The translations under genes were made by a program, and so were the position numbers. A model generated the notes under the pieces. It had not been told where the DNA came from and searched no databases. It saw nothing but the letters and a program-made list of their open reading frames with translations. 64,000 bases of DNA from an uncultured bacterium (GTDB lineage Bacteria > Patescibacteriota > Minisyncoccia > Phycocordibacterales > CAIZLB01): NCBI GenBank assembly GCA_903933735.1, contig CAIZLB010000006.1, positions 3,750-67,749 on the forward strand. The letters are read 5' to 3'. Below are positions 42,269-52,404 of the stretch, in pieces. Each line of letters begins with the position of its first letter. The stretch's first letter is position 1.

Positions 42269-44365
42269 ATGAGCGTAACACTATTTACAGACAAAAAACC
42301 ACAAGCTGTTTCTCCAAAAGGTGAATGGCTTTTCCCTCAAGTGATGATGATGGAAGTAAACCGCCTCGGGCAGGTGAGGTATCCAGCAGTAAAGGCCAGG
42401 GGAACTCTTACTCTTGCCCTTAATGTATCAAACGGCGAAACAGTACTCATTGGTTCAAAGACATATGTCTTCGTGAATACGCTCACGGGTGTAGACGGGC
42501 AAGTGAAGATCGGAGCCTCGAAAGAGGAATCAATTGCGAACCTTATCGCAGCAATTAATCTTGATGGAACTCCAAACTCCCAGTACACAACACAAACAAC
42601 TCTGCATCCTGCTGTGTATGCAAAGGTAGGTCCGACCACGGCAAAATTACTTGCTGTCGCTAAAGTGGGCGGTGTTTCCGGCAACTCAATCGCTCTTGGC
42701 GAGACTCTTGTTGGTGCTGGAAACCAATGGGATGCTGCAACCCTTGGAACGACTGTGGCCGGTGCAGACGAATCTGATGCTGACTCGCTCATTCACCCTC
42801 ACTACTACGGAGGCGTGAACAACAACTCTGGTCAGCAGTACAACGTTCGTGAACTTTATTATCACGGAAGTGGAGAAGAAGATGCATCTGACGATAGGTT
42901 GTGGCAGCACAGACACGCTGTAATGAATTTCCCAATGAAGGAATACAAGCTTCTTGCTGGCGCAACCAGAAAATTGTTCCTGCCGAACCACTTAGATCGA
43001 CTTGTAAAACGAATCGACGTTCTGAATGTTAAGTCATTCATCAAGAGACCAGAATGGCAATCAACAATCTCATCACCTTTTGCGGAAAGCACAAGCAACA
43101 TCACATTTCATACAGTAGAAATGGGTGATGACAGATTTGCACTTTTCTACCGACAACAGGCGGGAACATCAGGAATCTACGTCATCATTGGACAACTTGC
43201 ATCAAACGGAATTATTACATGGGGAACTCCCACAATTATCACGACACTCGACCAGTTCGATTCAAACTTTGATGCTGTCCTCGTAAGTACAAATAAAATA
43301 CTCTGCACGTTTGGACATGGGGCAAGTACGTTTACTCATACAGCCTCAATTACTGTATCGGGAACTGTGGCATCGGTGAACACTCCGGTCCAAGTTGTTG
43401 CCACAAACTTCACTTGGAAAAAGCTCTGCAAGCTAGATAATGACAAAGCACTTCTTGCTGTATTTACAGGAACAACATTATCGATTTATGTTGTCACTCT
43501 CTCGGGTACTGTACCTTCGTACGGATCAGTAGTGAACCAAGCAACATCACAATATCCGCATATCGTTCAAAATGGAACCGATAAGGCACAACTGGTCTTC
43601 TGGGACAGCACAGCATCCCGTGTGAAATCCTCTGTGATTACTGTGACAGGTACGACTCCAACAATTCAAGCATCTATTGTAATTGGATATGAAGGCAGCT
43701 TTTCTTACAAAGCAAATAATCTTGTTCAAGTAGCAACCGATAAGTTCGTCTACTACCACTACAACGGAAATCTTCACCCATACCGCGGTCGTGATCGAGC
43801 AAAATTTGTCATGCTCAATATCACAGCAAACACGACAGCCATTTCACATACACTCGAGATGAGAAATGGTGTATATGACGGAAACCTTAACTACTTCAAA
43901 AAGTTAGATGCAAATAACTGGATGATTTGGAACAAACCACAGGGTCGTGTAGGAAAGATGACACTTGATCTCACAAATAACCAGATGACAATCAATGATA
44001 TTCCTTATCAACATAGTATCTGGGATAACGGTACCTATCAGACAAACTTCATGCAAAAAAGCGCGGAAACAAATAATATCCAGCGCTCTCCAGAACCAGC
44101 AATTACAACAAATGGATGGGTGTTCGTTGCTACTGACAACAACATAAATGGAGGAATCGTGGCGTGGACTGACAAAACATTCAGCTTTGAAGTTTATCTC
44201 GATGATGAACTTGTCGGTACATACAACAAGACAGTTCCAGGTGCTATCGAAGGTGTAATTGTTCGAATCCCACTCAACCGATTTGAAGTGGCACTAAAAA
44301 TCAAGAATCCAGGAGCGGTCGACCTGTTCTTCATGATGCCTAACCTCGTAACTTCAATCGAATAA
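42269..44365 (+). CDS. hypothetical large structural protein (tail-fibre or receptor-binding candidate)
   Basis: 698 aa, S/T/G-rich beta protein. Confidence 0.3.
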   Translation: MSVTLFTDKKPQAVSPKGEWLFPQVMMMEVNRLGQVRYPAVKARGTLTLALNVSNGETVLIGSKTYVFVNTLTGVDGQVKIGASKEESIANLIAAINLDGTPNSQYTTQTTLHPAVYAKVGPTTAKLLAVAKVGGVSGNSIALGETLVGAGNQWDAATLGTTVAGADESDADSLIHPHYYGGVNNNSGQQYNVRELYYHGSGEEDASDDRLWQHRHAVMNFPMKEYKLLAGATRKLFLPNHLDRLVKRIDVLNVKSFIKRPEWQSTISSPFAESTSNITFHTVEMGDDRFALFYRQQAGTSGIYVIIGQLASNGIITWGTPTIITTLDQFDSNFDAVLVSTNKILCTFGHGASTFTHTASITVSGTVASVNTPVQVVATNFTWKKLCKLDNDKALLAVFTGTTLSIYVVTLSGTVPSYGSVVNQATSQYPHIVQNGTDKAQLVFWDSTASRVKSSVITVTGTTPTIQASIVIGYEGSFSYKANNLVQVATDKFVYYHYNGNLHPYRGRDRAKFVMLNITANTTAISHTLEMRNGVYDGNLNYFKKLDANNWMIWNKPQGRVGKMTLDLTNNQMTINDIPYQHSIWDNGTYQTNFMQKSAETNNIQRSPEPAITTNGWVFVATDNNINGGIVAWTDKTFSFEVYLDDELVGTYNKTVPGAIEGVIVRIPLNRFEVALKIKNPGAVDLFFMMPNLVTSIE

Positions 44366-44369
44366 AACA

Positions 44370-45938
44370 ATGAATTCCTACACGATACAGTACGGCGATA
44401 CCTTAAGTGGAATCGCATCAAAGACGGGTAAGAGCGTTCAGGAACTGATGCGTCTCAATCCGTCTATTACTGATCCCAACAAAATATATGCTGGGCGCTC
44501 TTTGTCGTTGGGAAATTCAACACCCGCACCCGCATCTACACCTGCTCCTGCATCAAATAATTCAAAGCAGACTATTGCTCAGGTGGCAAAAGTAACGGTC
44601 CCGACTTATGTTGAAGATCCAACAACGACACAAATAGGAAAAAGCTACAAGTCCCAAGCTACTGACACCGTAAACGAAGAAGCTGTCAGATCAGCTACAA
44701 GAGCACGTATTCAGGGGCAAATTGACGCCATAAATGCCGCTGTGAGCGATCAAATAGCAAACTTCAGGAATACCACAGGGAAGAATCGCCAAGGCCAATC
44801 GTACGCCCTCGCAGCAGCTGGTGGCCGAATTGGAAGTGCAACTGGAGAGGCGGAATTTAGGACAACAGAAGACTATAACAATCAAGAGGAGCAGACATAC
44901 CGAAGTGAGGCGAATGTGAAGATCTCACAATTACTAGGTGCTTCAATGCGGGATGCTCAGGCAGAAATTGAAGCGAAGCGTACTGCAATCAAAGAAGGTG
45001 CTGAAAAGTACTTCCAGTTCCTCGAGACACAAGGTCAACGAAAGAAAGATCAGATCACATCATTCCTCAAAAACATGCTCGCACTTGGAGTTGATCCAAA
45101 AGAAATTAGTGATGCTGACTTTGAAAACATTCAAGATCAGTATGGATTCAGTAAAGATCAGCTTGTCTCGTTGTTTGGTGATCTGAAAGCGCAAAAAGTA
45201 GCTGCTGATCAGGAAGCACAAATGGATGCAGCTGATCTTGATCAAAAGAAAGCAACTACAGAAAAAACACGAGCTGAAATAAATCAATTTGATCTTAGTG
45301 AGGGTCAGGCTCGATATGTTTATGATCCTGAAACCCGGAAGACGACAGTCATTGCTTCAAAAGCAAAAACGTATGCACCAACAGGTGGTGGTACTTCATC
45401 TGACCCTGTTATTGATTCATGGGTAAGTCAGATTAATGGCGGAAAGGCTACGATCGCAAACGTACCGGCGAACCTTAAGAACGCTGTCATCACCGCACTC
45501 AATAACTCGACACCACAAGATTCAGGCTATCAGATAAGCAATCTCAAAGGCGCACTCGATAATGTACAAAAGCTCAAAGGTGCGGCAGGTCCTAGTGCAA
45601 TAAGCAGAAAGCTCGGTGACGTTTTTGTTGGTGATTCTTCATTTAGACAACTTGAGGCGTACGTAGATACTGTTAAATCAAATCTTCTTACTCTGGTAAC
45701 AGATCCAAATATTAAAAAGTTCTTCGGTCCGCAGATGTCTAACCGTGACGTTGAGCTCATGACTTCAACTGCGTCATCTCTTGATGCGCAACGCTTAAGT
45801 CCTGAACAGATTCAGGCAGAAGTAGATAAGGTCAATGCCTTCTTGGTGAAATACGAAGCTGCCCGCAATAGCAGTGGTCTTGTCGATACCACAGCTACAC
45901 CAGAACAAAATGCATTAAGGACTAAATATCAATACTAA
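44370..45938 (+). CDS. LysM-domain protein with PAPAS linker and coiled-coil
   Basis: N-terminal LysM (YTIQYGDTLSGIASKTG...IYAGRSL). Confidence 0.6.
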   Translation: MNSYTIQYGDTLSGIASKTGKSVQELMRLNPSITDPNKIYAGRSLSLGNSTPAPASTPAPASNNSKQTIAQVAKVTVPTYVEDPTTTQIGKSYKSQATDTVNEEAVRSATRARIQGQIDAINAAVSDQIANFRNTTGKNRQGQSYALAAAGGRIGSATGEAEFRTTEDYNNQEEQTYRSEANVKISQLLGASMRDAQAEIEAKRTAIKEGAEKYFQFLETQGQRKKDQITSFLKNMLALGVDPKEISDADFENIQDQYGFSKDQLVSLFGDLKAQKVAADQEAQMDAADLDQKKATTEKTRAEINQFDLSEGQARYVYDPETRKTTVIASKAKTYAPTGGGTSSDPVIDSWVSQINGGKATIANVPANLKNAVITALNNSTPQDSGYQISNLKGALDNVQKLKGAAGPSAISRKLGDVFVGDSSFRQLEAYVDTVKSNLLTLVTDPNIKKFFGPQMSNRDVELMTSTASSLDAQRLSPEQIQAEVDKVNAFLVKYEAARNSSGLVDTTATPEQNALRTKYQY

Positions 45939-45939
45939 A

Positions 45940-48282
45940 ATGCTTACAGAATCCAGAAGACAACAACTTGATAAGATCGTTCAGCAAATGGTCGCTAACA
46001 AAGAAAGCGATGCGAATATTCAATTTGTCGTAAATGACTTCAAACAGAAATATGGAAATGAAGTTCAAGCTCCAACAACTCAAGAGCCAGAGAAAAAAAG
46101 TCTTGGCTCAAAGATTTGGAGTGGAACGAAAGCTGTAGGCAATGCGCTCATCTCAAGTGAGAAAAAATTCGGGAAGAGCATTGCAGATGCTTTGCCCTCG
46201 TTTGTGCCTGGGAGTGCAGCATGGACAAATAAACAGAATGAGGAACTCATGGCACAAAGTCAGGAAATTACTGACAATCTTTTGAAAACCATCAAGCAGA
46301 AAAAAGAAAGAGGCGAAGACACATCTCGTCTCGAAGTGGCACTTCAGCAGCACCTAAAAGATACAAGCCAGCCCCCGATTGATATCAATGAGACAAATGC
46401 GAGTGTAAATAAAACAGCGAAGCAAATATTCGGAGAAGGTCTTGGTGTGGCTGTAGATATTCTTTCAGCAGGATCATACGGTAAAGCAGCTCAAGGTGCT
46501 CAAAGCGGAAAACTTCTTATTGCAGGAAAAACATCTGGGAAAGTTGCAACTGTTCTCGGTAAAGCAGGGATAGGAAGCACAGTCTCACCTGCAGCCGGAG
46601 CATTACCAAGCATTATCGGTGGAGGCACAAAAGCTCAAGCTTTTCTTAAGGGTGCATGGCAAGGTGCAAAACAAGGTCTGACGTCCGGTTCTGTATGGGG
46701 AACAGCCCAAGGAGCAACCCGAGCAATGCAAGACAACAAAAGTAATTCGGAGATCGTCGAAGATGCTCTTACTGGCGGTGTGATTGGGGGTGCAGCTGGT
46801 GGAACTGTCGGAGCGATTGTTGGCGGTACAAGCGGATATTTAAATCGTCGAAGGGAAATCAACAACATGCTTAAACCTTCAATGACTCCCGATGAGACTA
46901 TCAATTCGCTTCATGACGAAATTGCTAAGCATGCTGATGAAGATTCATTCAAAGCTGCAATCAAAAACGGCGATTTGAGCATTGATCAGGTTTATCAAAA
47001 AGATGGTGCTCTTAATCCCGAACTTGCTAAGGGGCGCATTGATGATATTGCAACAAATTTGGATATGAATGTTCCAGGTGCAGGAGAAAAATACCGAACA
47101 CTCATTGATCCTAATAAAACAACCTTTGACGAATTGATCTCAAAGGCAGATGACGTGATTGATGAAAGTAGAAAGATTCCAGCTGATGTAATTAACTATT
47201 CTGTAGGTGCGGACGGTAAAAAAGTTGTTGATGCAAAAGCAACAGAAGCTCTAAAGTCAGGTATTGCAGACCAAGATGTTGCCTTTATTAAGAACGCCTC
47301 TCCTGAAGATAAAAAAATATTTGATAAAGCTATGAAAGTTGCGGAGCAGGCATCAAAAGATAAGACATACTCACGTCAGCCAATCGAACAGGCTGGAAAA
47401 ATACTCATTGAACAGGCTGATACAGTCGAAAGCGCACGTCAAAAAGTTGGTCAAGATCTTGGTGTTTTGAGATCGAAACTTGGCAACACCCCTGTCACAA
47501 TCACCGATACAGCTGATATTTTCTATAAAGACCTTGATGATGCCGGAATAAAAATAACTAACGATGGTCTCGATTTCTCAAACTCTAAGTACGCAAATGT
47601 TCCTAAGGTCCAGAAGATAATCGAAAGCGTTCACCAGAGAATCTCCAATCTTGGAGAACAATCAAACGTAAAGACTGTGGACATGATCAGACAGCAACTC
47701 GGAACTGAAGTTGATCTCGGAACTCTTGAAGGAAACCTCGATAAAAGTGCAAAGCGAATCCTTCAAAAAGTATATGGAGGACTGGGAGACAATATCGCAT
47801 ACATCGATACCGATTATGCGGAGCTTTCAAATGAGTATTCAAAGCTTACTAGTGCGATGGATTATTTCCAGCGTGCTCTCGGAAAAGACTTTGAAGCAAC
47901 AAAGATCGATTCATCACTTAGAGCCGGAGAGGTTGGCCGAAGAATTCTCGGTAACGCTTCATCACGCCCTCTATCGATTGTGCAGAATATCCAGGATCTC
48001 GCAAGGCAGTATGGATATAACAAGAATATCGATGCAAGAAGTCAGTTCTTATTTGCAAATTTTCTTGAAGACTTGTTCGGTACGACTCAGTCACAAAGTC
48101 TCCAGCAGCAAATCACAAAAGGTGTGAATACCGCAGAGGAAGCAACCGGAGCACTTACCGATGTCGCCACAGGAAATGCCTCAGGATTGCTTTCAAAGGC
48201 TGTAAGGAAAGGAATAAACTTAGTACGAAACATTACACCTGAAAGACAAATCGAAGCTGTGCGAGCTCTAATCTCTCAATAA
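45940..48282 (+). CDS. large virion protein with Gly-rich hydrophobic segment (tape-measure-like or internal protein)
   Basis: 780 aa; GGVIGGAAGGTVGAIVGGTSG segment; helical. Confidence 0.3.
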   Translation: MLTESRRQQLDKIVQQMVANKESDANIQFVVNDFKQKYGNEVQAPTTQEPEKKSLGSKIWSGTKAVGNALISSEKKFGKSIADALPSFVPGSAAWTNKQNEELMAQSQEITDNLLKTIKQKKERGEDTSRLEVALQQHLKDTSQPPIDINETNASVNKTAKQIFGEGLGVAVDILSAGSYGKAAQGAQSGKLLIAGKTSGKVATVLGKAGIGSTVSPAAGALPSIIGGGTKAQAFLKGAWQGAKQGLTSGSVWGTAQGATRAMQDNKSNSEIVEDALTGGVIGGAAGGTVGAIVGGTSGYLNRRREINNMLKPSMTPDETINSLHDEIAKHADEDSFKAAIKNGDLSIDQVYQKDGALNPELAKGRIDDIATNLDMNVPGAGEKYRTLIDPNKTTFDELISKADDVIDESRKIPADVINYSVGADGKKVVDAKATEALKSGIADQDVAFIKNASPEDKKIFDKAMKVAEQASKDKTYSRQPIEQAGKILIEQADTVESARQKVGQDLGVLRSKLGNTPVTITDTADIFYKDLDDAGIKITNDGLDFSNSKYANVPKVQKIIESVHQRISNLGEQSNVKTVDMIRQQLGTEVDLGTLEGNLDKSAKRILQKVYGGLGDNIAYIDTDYAELSNEYSKLTSAMDYFQRALGKDFEATKIDSSLRAGEVGRRILGNASSRPLSIVQNIQDLARQYGYNKNIDARSQFLFANFLEDLFGTTQSQSLQQQITKGVNTAEEATGALTDVATGNASGLLSKAVRKGINLVRNITPERQIEAVRALISQ

Positions 48283-48327
48283 AGTAATACACCCTTTTTT
48301 GTCGCAAGGGACATCTATGCTTTAGGT

Positions 48328-48609
48328 ATGGAAAAACAAGAGACGTTCAAGAAATTTTTATATAACCAGGTCTCTCTGGTAATTGGAATCGTCGGCGTGT
48401 CATTCGGAATCTTTAACATGCTCCAAGCACCAAAGAGTGATATTCAGGTTATCGAAGCTCTCAATAATATTCGAGATAACCACATTCATACAATCGAAGA
48501 AAACGTAAAACGACTAGACCAAGCGAACACCGAACGCTATCGGGATACAAGCGAGCGATTGATAAAAATTGAAACAATCCTCGATGAACGATTACCAGCT
48601 AAAAAATAA
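48328..48609 (+). CDS. putative holin-like single-TM protein
   Basis: One TM (VSLVIGIVGVSFGIF), directly upstream of endolysin. Confidence 0.35.
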   Translation: MEKQETFKKFLYNQVSLVIGIVGVSFGIFNMLQAPKSDIQVIEALNNIRDNHIHTIEENVKRLDQANTERYRDTSERLIKIETILDERLPAKK

Positions 48610-48612
48610 TTT

Positions 48613-49218
48613 ATGAATATATCATTTCAACAAACACCAAATTACTCAGTTGGTCCTACAAAGAAAGCCATTGTGGTTTTGCATTTTACGCTTGGTTCAT
48701 ATGGCGGCGCAGTGAGCTGGCTCTCAAATGCGAATAGACCAAACCGATCCTCTTCACATTTTGTGATTGGTAGAAAGCCTGGTGAAATAGTCCAGCTAGT
48801 AAAAATTACTGACATAGCATGGCATGCAGGAGTAATAAGTAACCCAAACGATAGAGCAAAAAAAGTAATGCTCAAGAATCTGGATGGCTCATGGGTCAAT
48901 CCAAATCAATACACTATAGGAATTGAACTCGCGGCAGGATATGACGTGGATCAGGATGGTGTTGTTGAATCAAACGAAAATGACATAACCGAATGGCAAT
49001 ATGACCAACTTATAGAACTTATAAAATCATTTTCAAACAATCCGGAGACGGCATTCGTACTTGATCCAAAAAATATCATCATCCATGGAGATATAACCGA
49101 CTATAAAGAAAAACCAGAAAATGTACGAAATGAAGTAATAAAAAAACTATTCACTCAGTCGGTCCCAAACAGGGAAGTGATAAAGGCACAAATTATTAAT
49201 CTATTAAACCAATTATAG
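48613..49218 (+). CDS. N-acetylmuramoyl-L-alanine amidase (Amidase_2/PGRP) endolysin
   Basis: SSHFVIGRKPGEIVQLVKITDIAWHAG pattern of Amidase_2. Confidence 0.8.
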   Translation: MNISFQQTPNYSVGPTKKAIVVLHFTLGSYGGAVSWLSNANRPNRSSSHFVIGRKPGEIVQLVKITDIAWHAGVISNPNDRAKKVMLKNLDGSWVNPNQYTIGIELAAGYDVDQDGVVESNENDITEWQYDQLIELIKSFSNNPETAFVLDPKNIIIHGDITDYKEKPENVRNEVIKKLFTQSVPNREVIKAQIINLLNQL

Positions 49219-49220
49219 CT

Positions 49221-49397
49221 ATGGAAATATTAAAATCAGCATCAAAAGTAGTTTTTATTCTGATGGCAGTGGCGACCATTGCTGGGATGTTTGTGGGTAG
49301 AATTGATCCTAAAGATTTTATGATCCTAGCATCAATGGCATTCTCATTTTACTTTGCAAATAAAGGGGAAACGAATGTCCCGTTTGCCGGTAAATAA
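49221..49397 (+). CDS. small membrane protein (58 aa, not in the provided ORF track)
   Basis: ATG 49221; MEILKSASKVVFILMAVATIAGMFVG... one TM; last gene before GC drop. Confidence 0.35.
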   Translation: MEILKSASKVVFILMAVATIAGMFVGRIDPKDFMILASMAFSFYFANKGETNVPFAGK

Positions 49398-49445
49398 ATT
49401 CTCTGTTCAAAACACTAAAAAAAGTGTAGAATTATAGAGTAATTT

Positions 49446-51089
49446 ATGGCTGAAAATAACACTATAATTCCTGAGGAAGCGTATCTACTCGGTCTCATAA
49501 CAGGCCGAGGTCATTTCTTCATGGATAGCTTTTCAATCGCAATTGAATTCTCACACACAAATGAATTTATTGCTGGGATTGCTCATTGCCCAAAATGTGG
49601 GTGGTTAGCAACTGACAATAAAAATGGCGGACTAAAATGTAAAAATCCAGAATGCGGTCACATTCTAGACTCGTCAGTAAAAAAGACATACAATCAACCA
49701 CTTTCTACAGTCGAATCTTTAAAAAATGTGATTATACCTTTTCTAAAGACCGGTATTAATGCTGAATTTGATATTACAGGAAATAAGTCCATGACAATTC
49801 TAGTTATTGATTTAAAAAATGACAAAGACAAATTCAAGGATATAACAAGATTTTTTTCACCGGACACAAGTTTCGATAGATTTCATATTCCGAAAGAATT
49901 AGAGACTGCAACAAAAGAAGCAAAAATAGAATTTGTGAATGGATTACTTGATACATCTGGTTTTGCAAATGCGGGTGGTTGGTTAAATCGTGATGGAAAA
50001 AATGGACACGGAAGAATGAGAGTTTACTATCAAATAGTTAGAAACTGGCATCTCCCCGTAGAAATCGATAACTTCATGCGTTCGCAATTTAATCTCCCAA
50101 TACATACGATAGACTGGGGTCATCCAAATATTCGAGATGGTAATTTAAATGACTTTTATGAGACAAACCCAACGAGTTGGGGTCGTGAACATCAAATAAA
50201 ATTCTTTCCAGAATATTATGGAGATTTTAAATTCCGTATAAGTTCTAAACAGTCAATGTTTGATGAATTAAAAGCTCATAATCTAGGAGTTAAATTTGAT
50301 AATATTGACGACTGGTTTCCACCTTCAAAAATTACCAAAGGGAAACTCAAGGCATACCATCCGGGAGAAAATGATTTAAGAATTCCAGAATCGGCTCGAA
50401 GACATTTTGATGCTTTCTGGCAGATCAATCTTGCAATGGGGTGCAAATATCTTCAAGGATTGCAAAGTAAATCAAAAAATCCTGATCTTTTTGCTATCAC
50501 CGGTGATATAGAGCTAGATGAGGATTTTTCTAAGATTCAGGCTGAATTTGATATTATTAGAAATGAGCTAACGGAAAATGCAACTAATAAAAAAAGGCCA
50601 GAGAAAGCTCCATCTACAAAGAGAAAAACTGAGAAGGAGATGGCTGAGCAGGCAATGTACGAACCATTAACTGTATTTTTTACAGACTATTTGTCAAAAA
50701 AATATAGTGAACCAGCAGATGCTTTTGATACATCAGCGGGAAATCTAAATCTATTTTTGAAAAATAGAAATCGAGAATTACTTGATGTTTTTGATTATTG
50801 TGATAAGTATCGAATTAAACCAGATGTTGTAGGTTTTCTTGAAAAACAAAAAGCTCTAGCCTTCATTGAAGCAAAAATTACACCACTTGATTTGAAAAGT
50901 CTGGGTCAGCTTATGGGTTATTGCTTCGTTGCACAGCCAATAGAAGCTATTCTCATTTCAACAAAAGAACCGTCACTATCCCTTATTAAAGTACTCAAAG
51001 CACGTCCAGATTTACTACAATATGCTGAAGGTCGAATGATTCAGCTTGCTACACTTCAAAATGGAAAAGTTAACTTCATCAATATTTAA
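49446..51089 (+). CDS. candidate restriction endonuclease: LAGLIDADG-like motifs (x2), C4 zinc ribbon, C-terminal PD-(D/E)XK domain
   Basis: YLLGLITGRGHF and EFVNGLLDTSGF; HCPKCGW...CKNPECGH; KPDVVGF...AFIEAKI; convergent with tandem MTases. Confidence 0.45.
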   Translation: MAENNTIIPEEAYLLGLITGRGHFFMDSFSIAIEFSHTNEFIAGIAHCPKCGWLATDNKNGGLKCKNPECGHILDSSVKKTYNQPLSTVESLKNVIIPFLKTGINAEFDITGNKSMTILVIDLKNDKDKFKDITRFFSPDTSFDRFHIPKELETATKEAKIEFVNGLLDTSGFANAGGWLNRDGKNGHGRMRVYYQIVRNWHLPVEIDNFMRSQFNLPIHTIDWGHPNIRDGNLNDFYETNPTSWGREHQIKFFPEYYGDFKFRISSKQSMFDELKAHNLGVKFDNIDDWFPPSKITKGKLKAYHPGENDLRIPESARRHFDAFWQINLAMGCKYLQGLQSKSKNPDLFAITGDIELDEDFSKIQAEFDIIRNELTENATNKKRPEKAPSTKRKTEKEMAEQAMYEPLTVFFTDYLSKKYSEPADAFDTSAGNLNLFLKNRNRELLDVFDYCDKYRIKPDVVGFLEKQKALAFIEAKITPLDLKSLGQLMGYCFVAQPIEAILISTKEPSLSLIKVLKARPDLLQYAEGRMIQLATLQNGKVNFINI

Positions 51090-51597
51090 TTATATGGACA
51101 AAAATATTTTTACAAACAAATTAAAGAATTGGCTAAATAATTTTTTGAATATAAAATTTTCTGAAACACATGAAGTTGTATCTGTTTTAATACCAGAGAC
51201 GAGTCTGGCGAAAATGAATAATGATGCTATTAAACAAATAGCAAATTATTCTACATGGGAATTTAAACCAGATGTACTCGGTATTTTAAAAAATAAGAAA
51301 AATTCTCGTTTAGAATTGGTACTACTCAACAGATCAACATCCGCACTCAGTCTTAAAGAATTGGGTGAGATGAATTGTTACGCCAAACTCACTGGCGCTC
51401 TTTTGGCATTTGTCGCTTCTACAAATGGAGTATCCAATGAAGTAAACATCCTTCTACTTGAGGATAAAATAAGACAGAGAGTCCTTAGCTATGGGGAAGG
51501 ACAAGATATTATTGTCGTTGGTTGGGATGAAAAAAATGACCAAATCAGCGAAGATTCAGTCATTCCTTTCTCAAAAAAAGATTTTATTGTTAACTAA
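51046..51597 (+). CDS. degenerate paralog of the C-terminal PD-(D/E)XK domain of upstream ORF (catalytic E-x-K lost)
   Basis: FKPDVLGILKNKKNSRLELVLLNRS...LKELGEMNCYAKL aligns with IKPDVVGFLEKQKALAFIEAKIT...LKSLGQLMGYCFVA; overlaps upstream ORF by 44 nt. Confidence 0.4.
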   Translation: MLHFKMEKLTSSIFNYMDKNIFTNKLKNWLNNFLNIKFSETHEVVSVLIPETSLAKMNNDAIKQIANYSTWEFKPDVLGILKNKKNSRLELVLLNRSTSALSLKELGEMNCYAKLTGALLAFVASTNGVSNEVNILLLEDKIRQRVLSYGEGQDIIVVGWDEKNDQISEDSVIPFSKKDFIVN

Positions 51598-52403
51598 GCT
51601 CTTTTCCAGTAGACACAAATAAATTCGTGTACCTTATTGAATCTGAATACCCAAGGGTAACCAAGCGTTTTCATATTGTTATATTCTTTCTGTCGGTCCC
51701 ATATAACATACTCTTCAAGTTCAAAACCTATTTCTCGCATTATGCGACTTTGATCTTCGTGCAATGGATAGAATTTATCCTTTTTACGAATATCCATAAC
51801 GACGCAGATACATCGCTTGTTGGGTTTTAGTGTTTTGTAGACCTCAGTATAAACAGTTTTTAGATCTTGGAGAAAAGCCTCGTAGTCGTGAATATTACCA
51901 ATATCATCGTCTGAATCGGAATACTTACGTCCATCTTTCATGTCAGCAGTTCTCTTCATGGTTAAAATATCCCAATATGGCGGTGATGTAACCACTAGGT
52001 CTACTGAATTTGGTTTGACGTGCTTTAAAATGTTTCTTGAATCCTCGCAATAGATCTTGGGTTCAAATCTTTTTACTTTTTTATCAAAATTTTCATCAGC
52101 TTCATGTTTTGTAACTCTACCTTTGGCAATCTCGCAGTAGTCCCTATTTAAATCAAAGCCGATTCCTTTCTTTCCAAGGTTGTGAGCTGCTTTTAATGTT
52201 GAACCAATACCCAGAAAAGGATCGAGAATGACCTCACCAGAATCTTTTGTGTAGATTTTAATGAGTTTCTCGACCAATTGCTGTGGAAACATTGCGGGGT
52301 GCTTCAACTTCCTCTCCTCGGATGTTTTACCAACGTCTCTCCAAATACTAAAGGAGTTTTGTAGCCACTCTTTGCCATTTAAGTTGTTCATTTTTTCAGC
52401 CAT
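51594..52403 (-). CDS. beta-class amino (N6A/N4C) DNA methyltransferase
   Basis: AdoMet motif DPFLGIGST before catalytic SPPY (beta-class order), as in DpnA-like MTases. Confidence 0.8.
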   Translation of the reverse strand: MAEKMNNLNGKEWLQNSFSIWRDVGKTSEERKLKHPAMFPQQLVEKLIKIYTKDSGEVILDPFLGIGSTLKAAHNLGKKGIGFDLNRDYCEIAKGRVTKHEADENFDKKVKRFEPKIYCEDSRNILKHVKPNSVDLVVTSPPYWDILTMKRTADMKDGRKYSDSDDDIGNIHDYEAFLQDLKTVYTEVYKTLKPNKRCICVVMDIRKKDKFYPLHEDQSRIMREIGFELEEYVIWDRQKEYNNMKTLGYPWVFRFNKVHEFICVYWKRA

Positions 52404-52404
52404 A

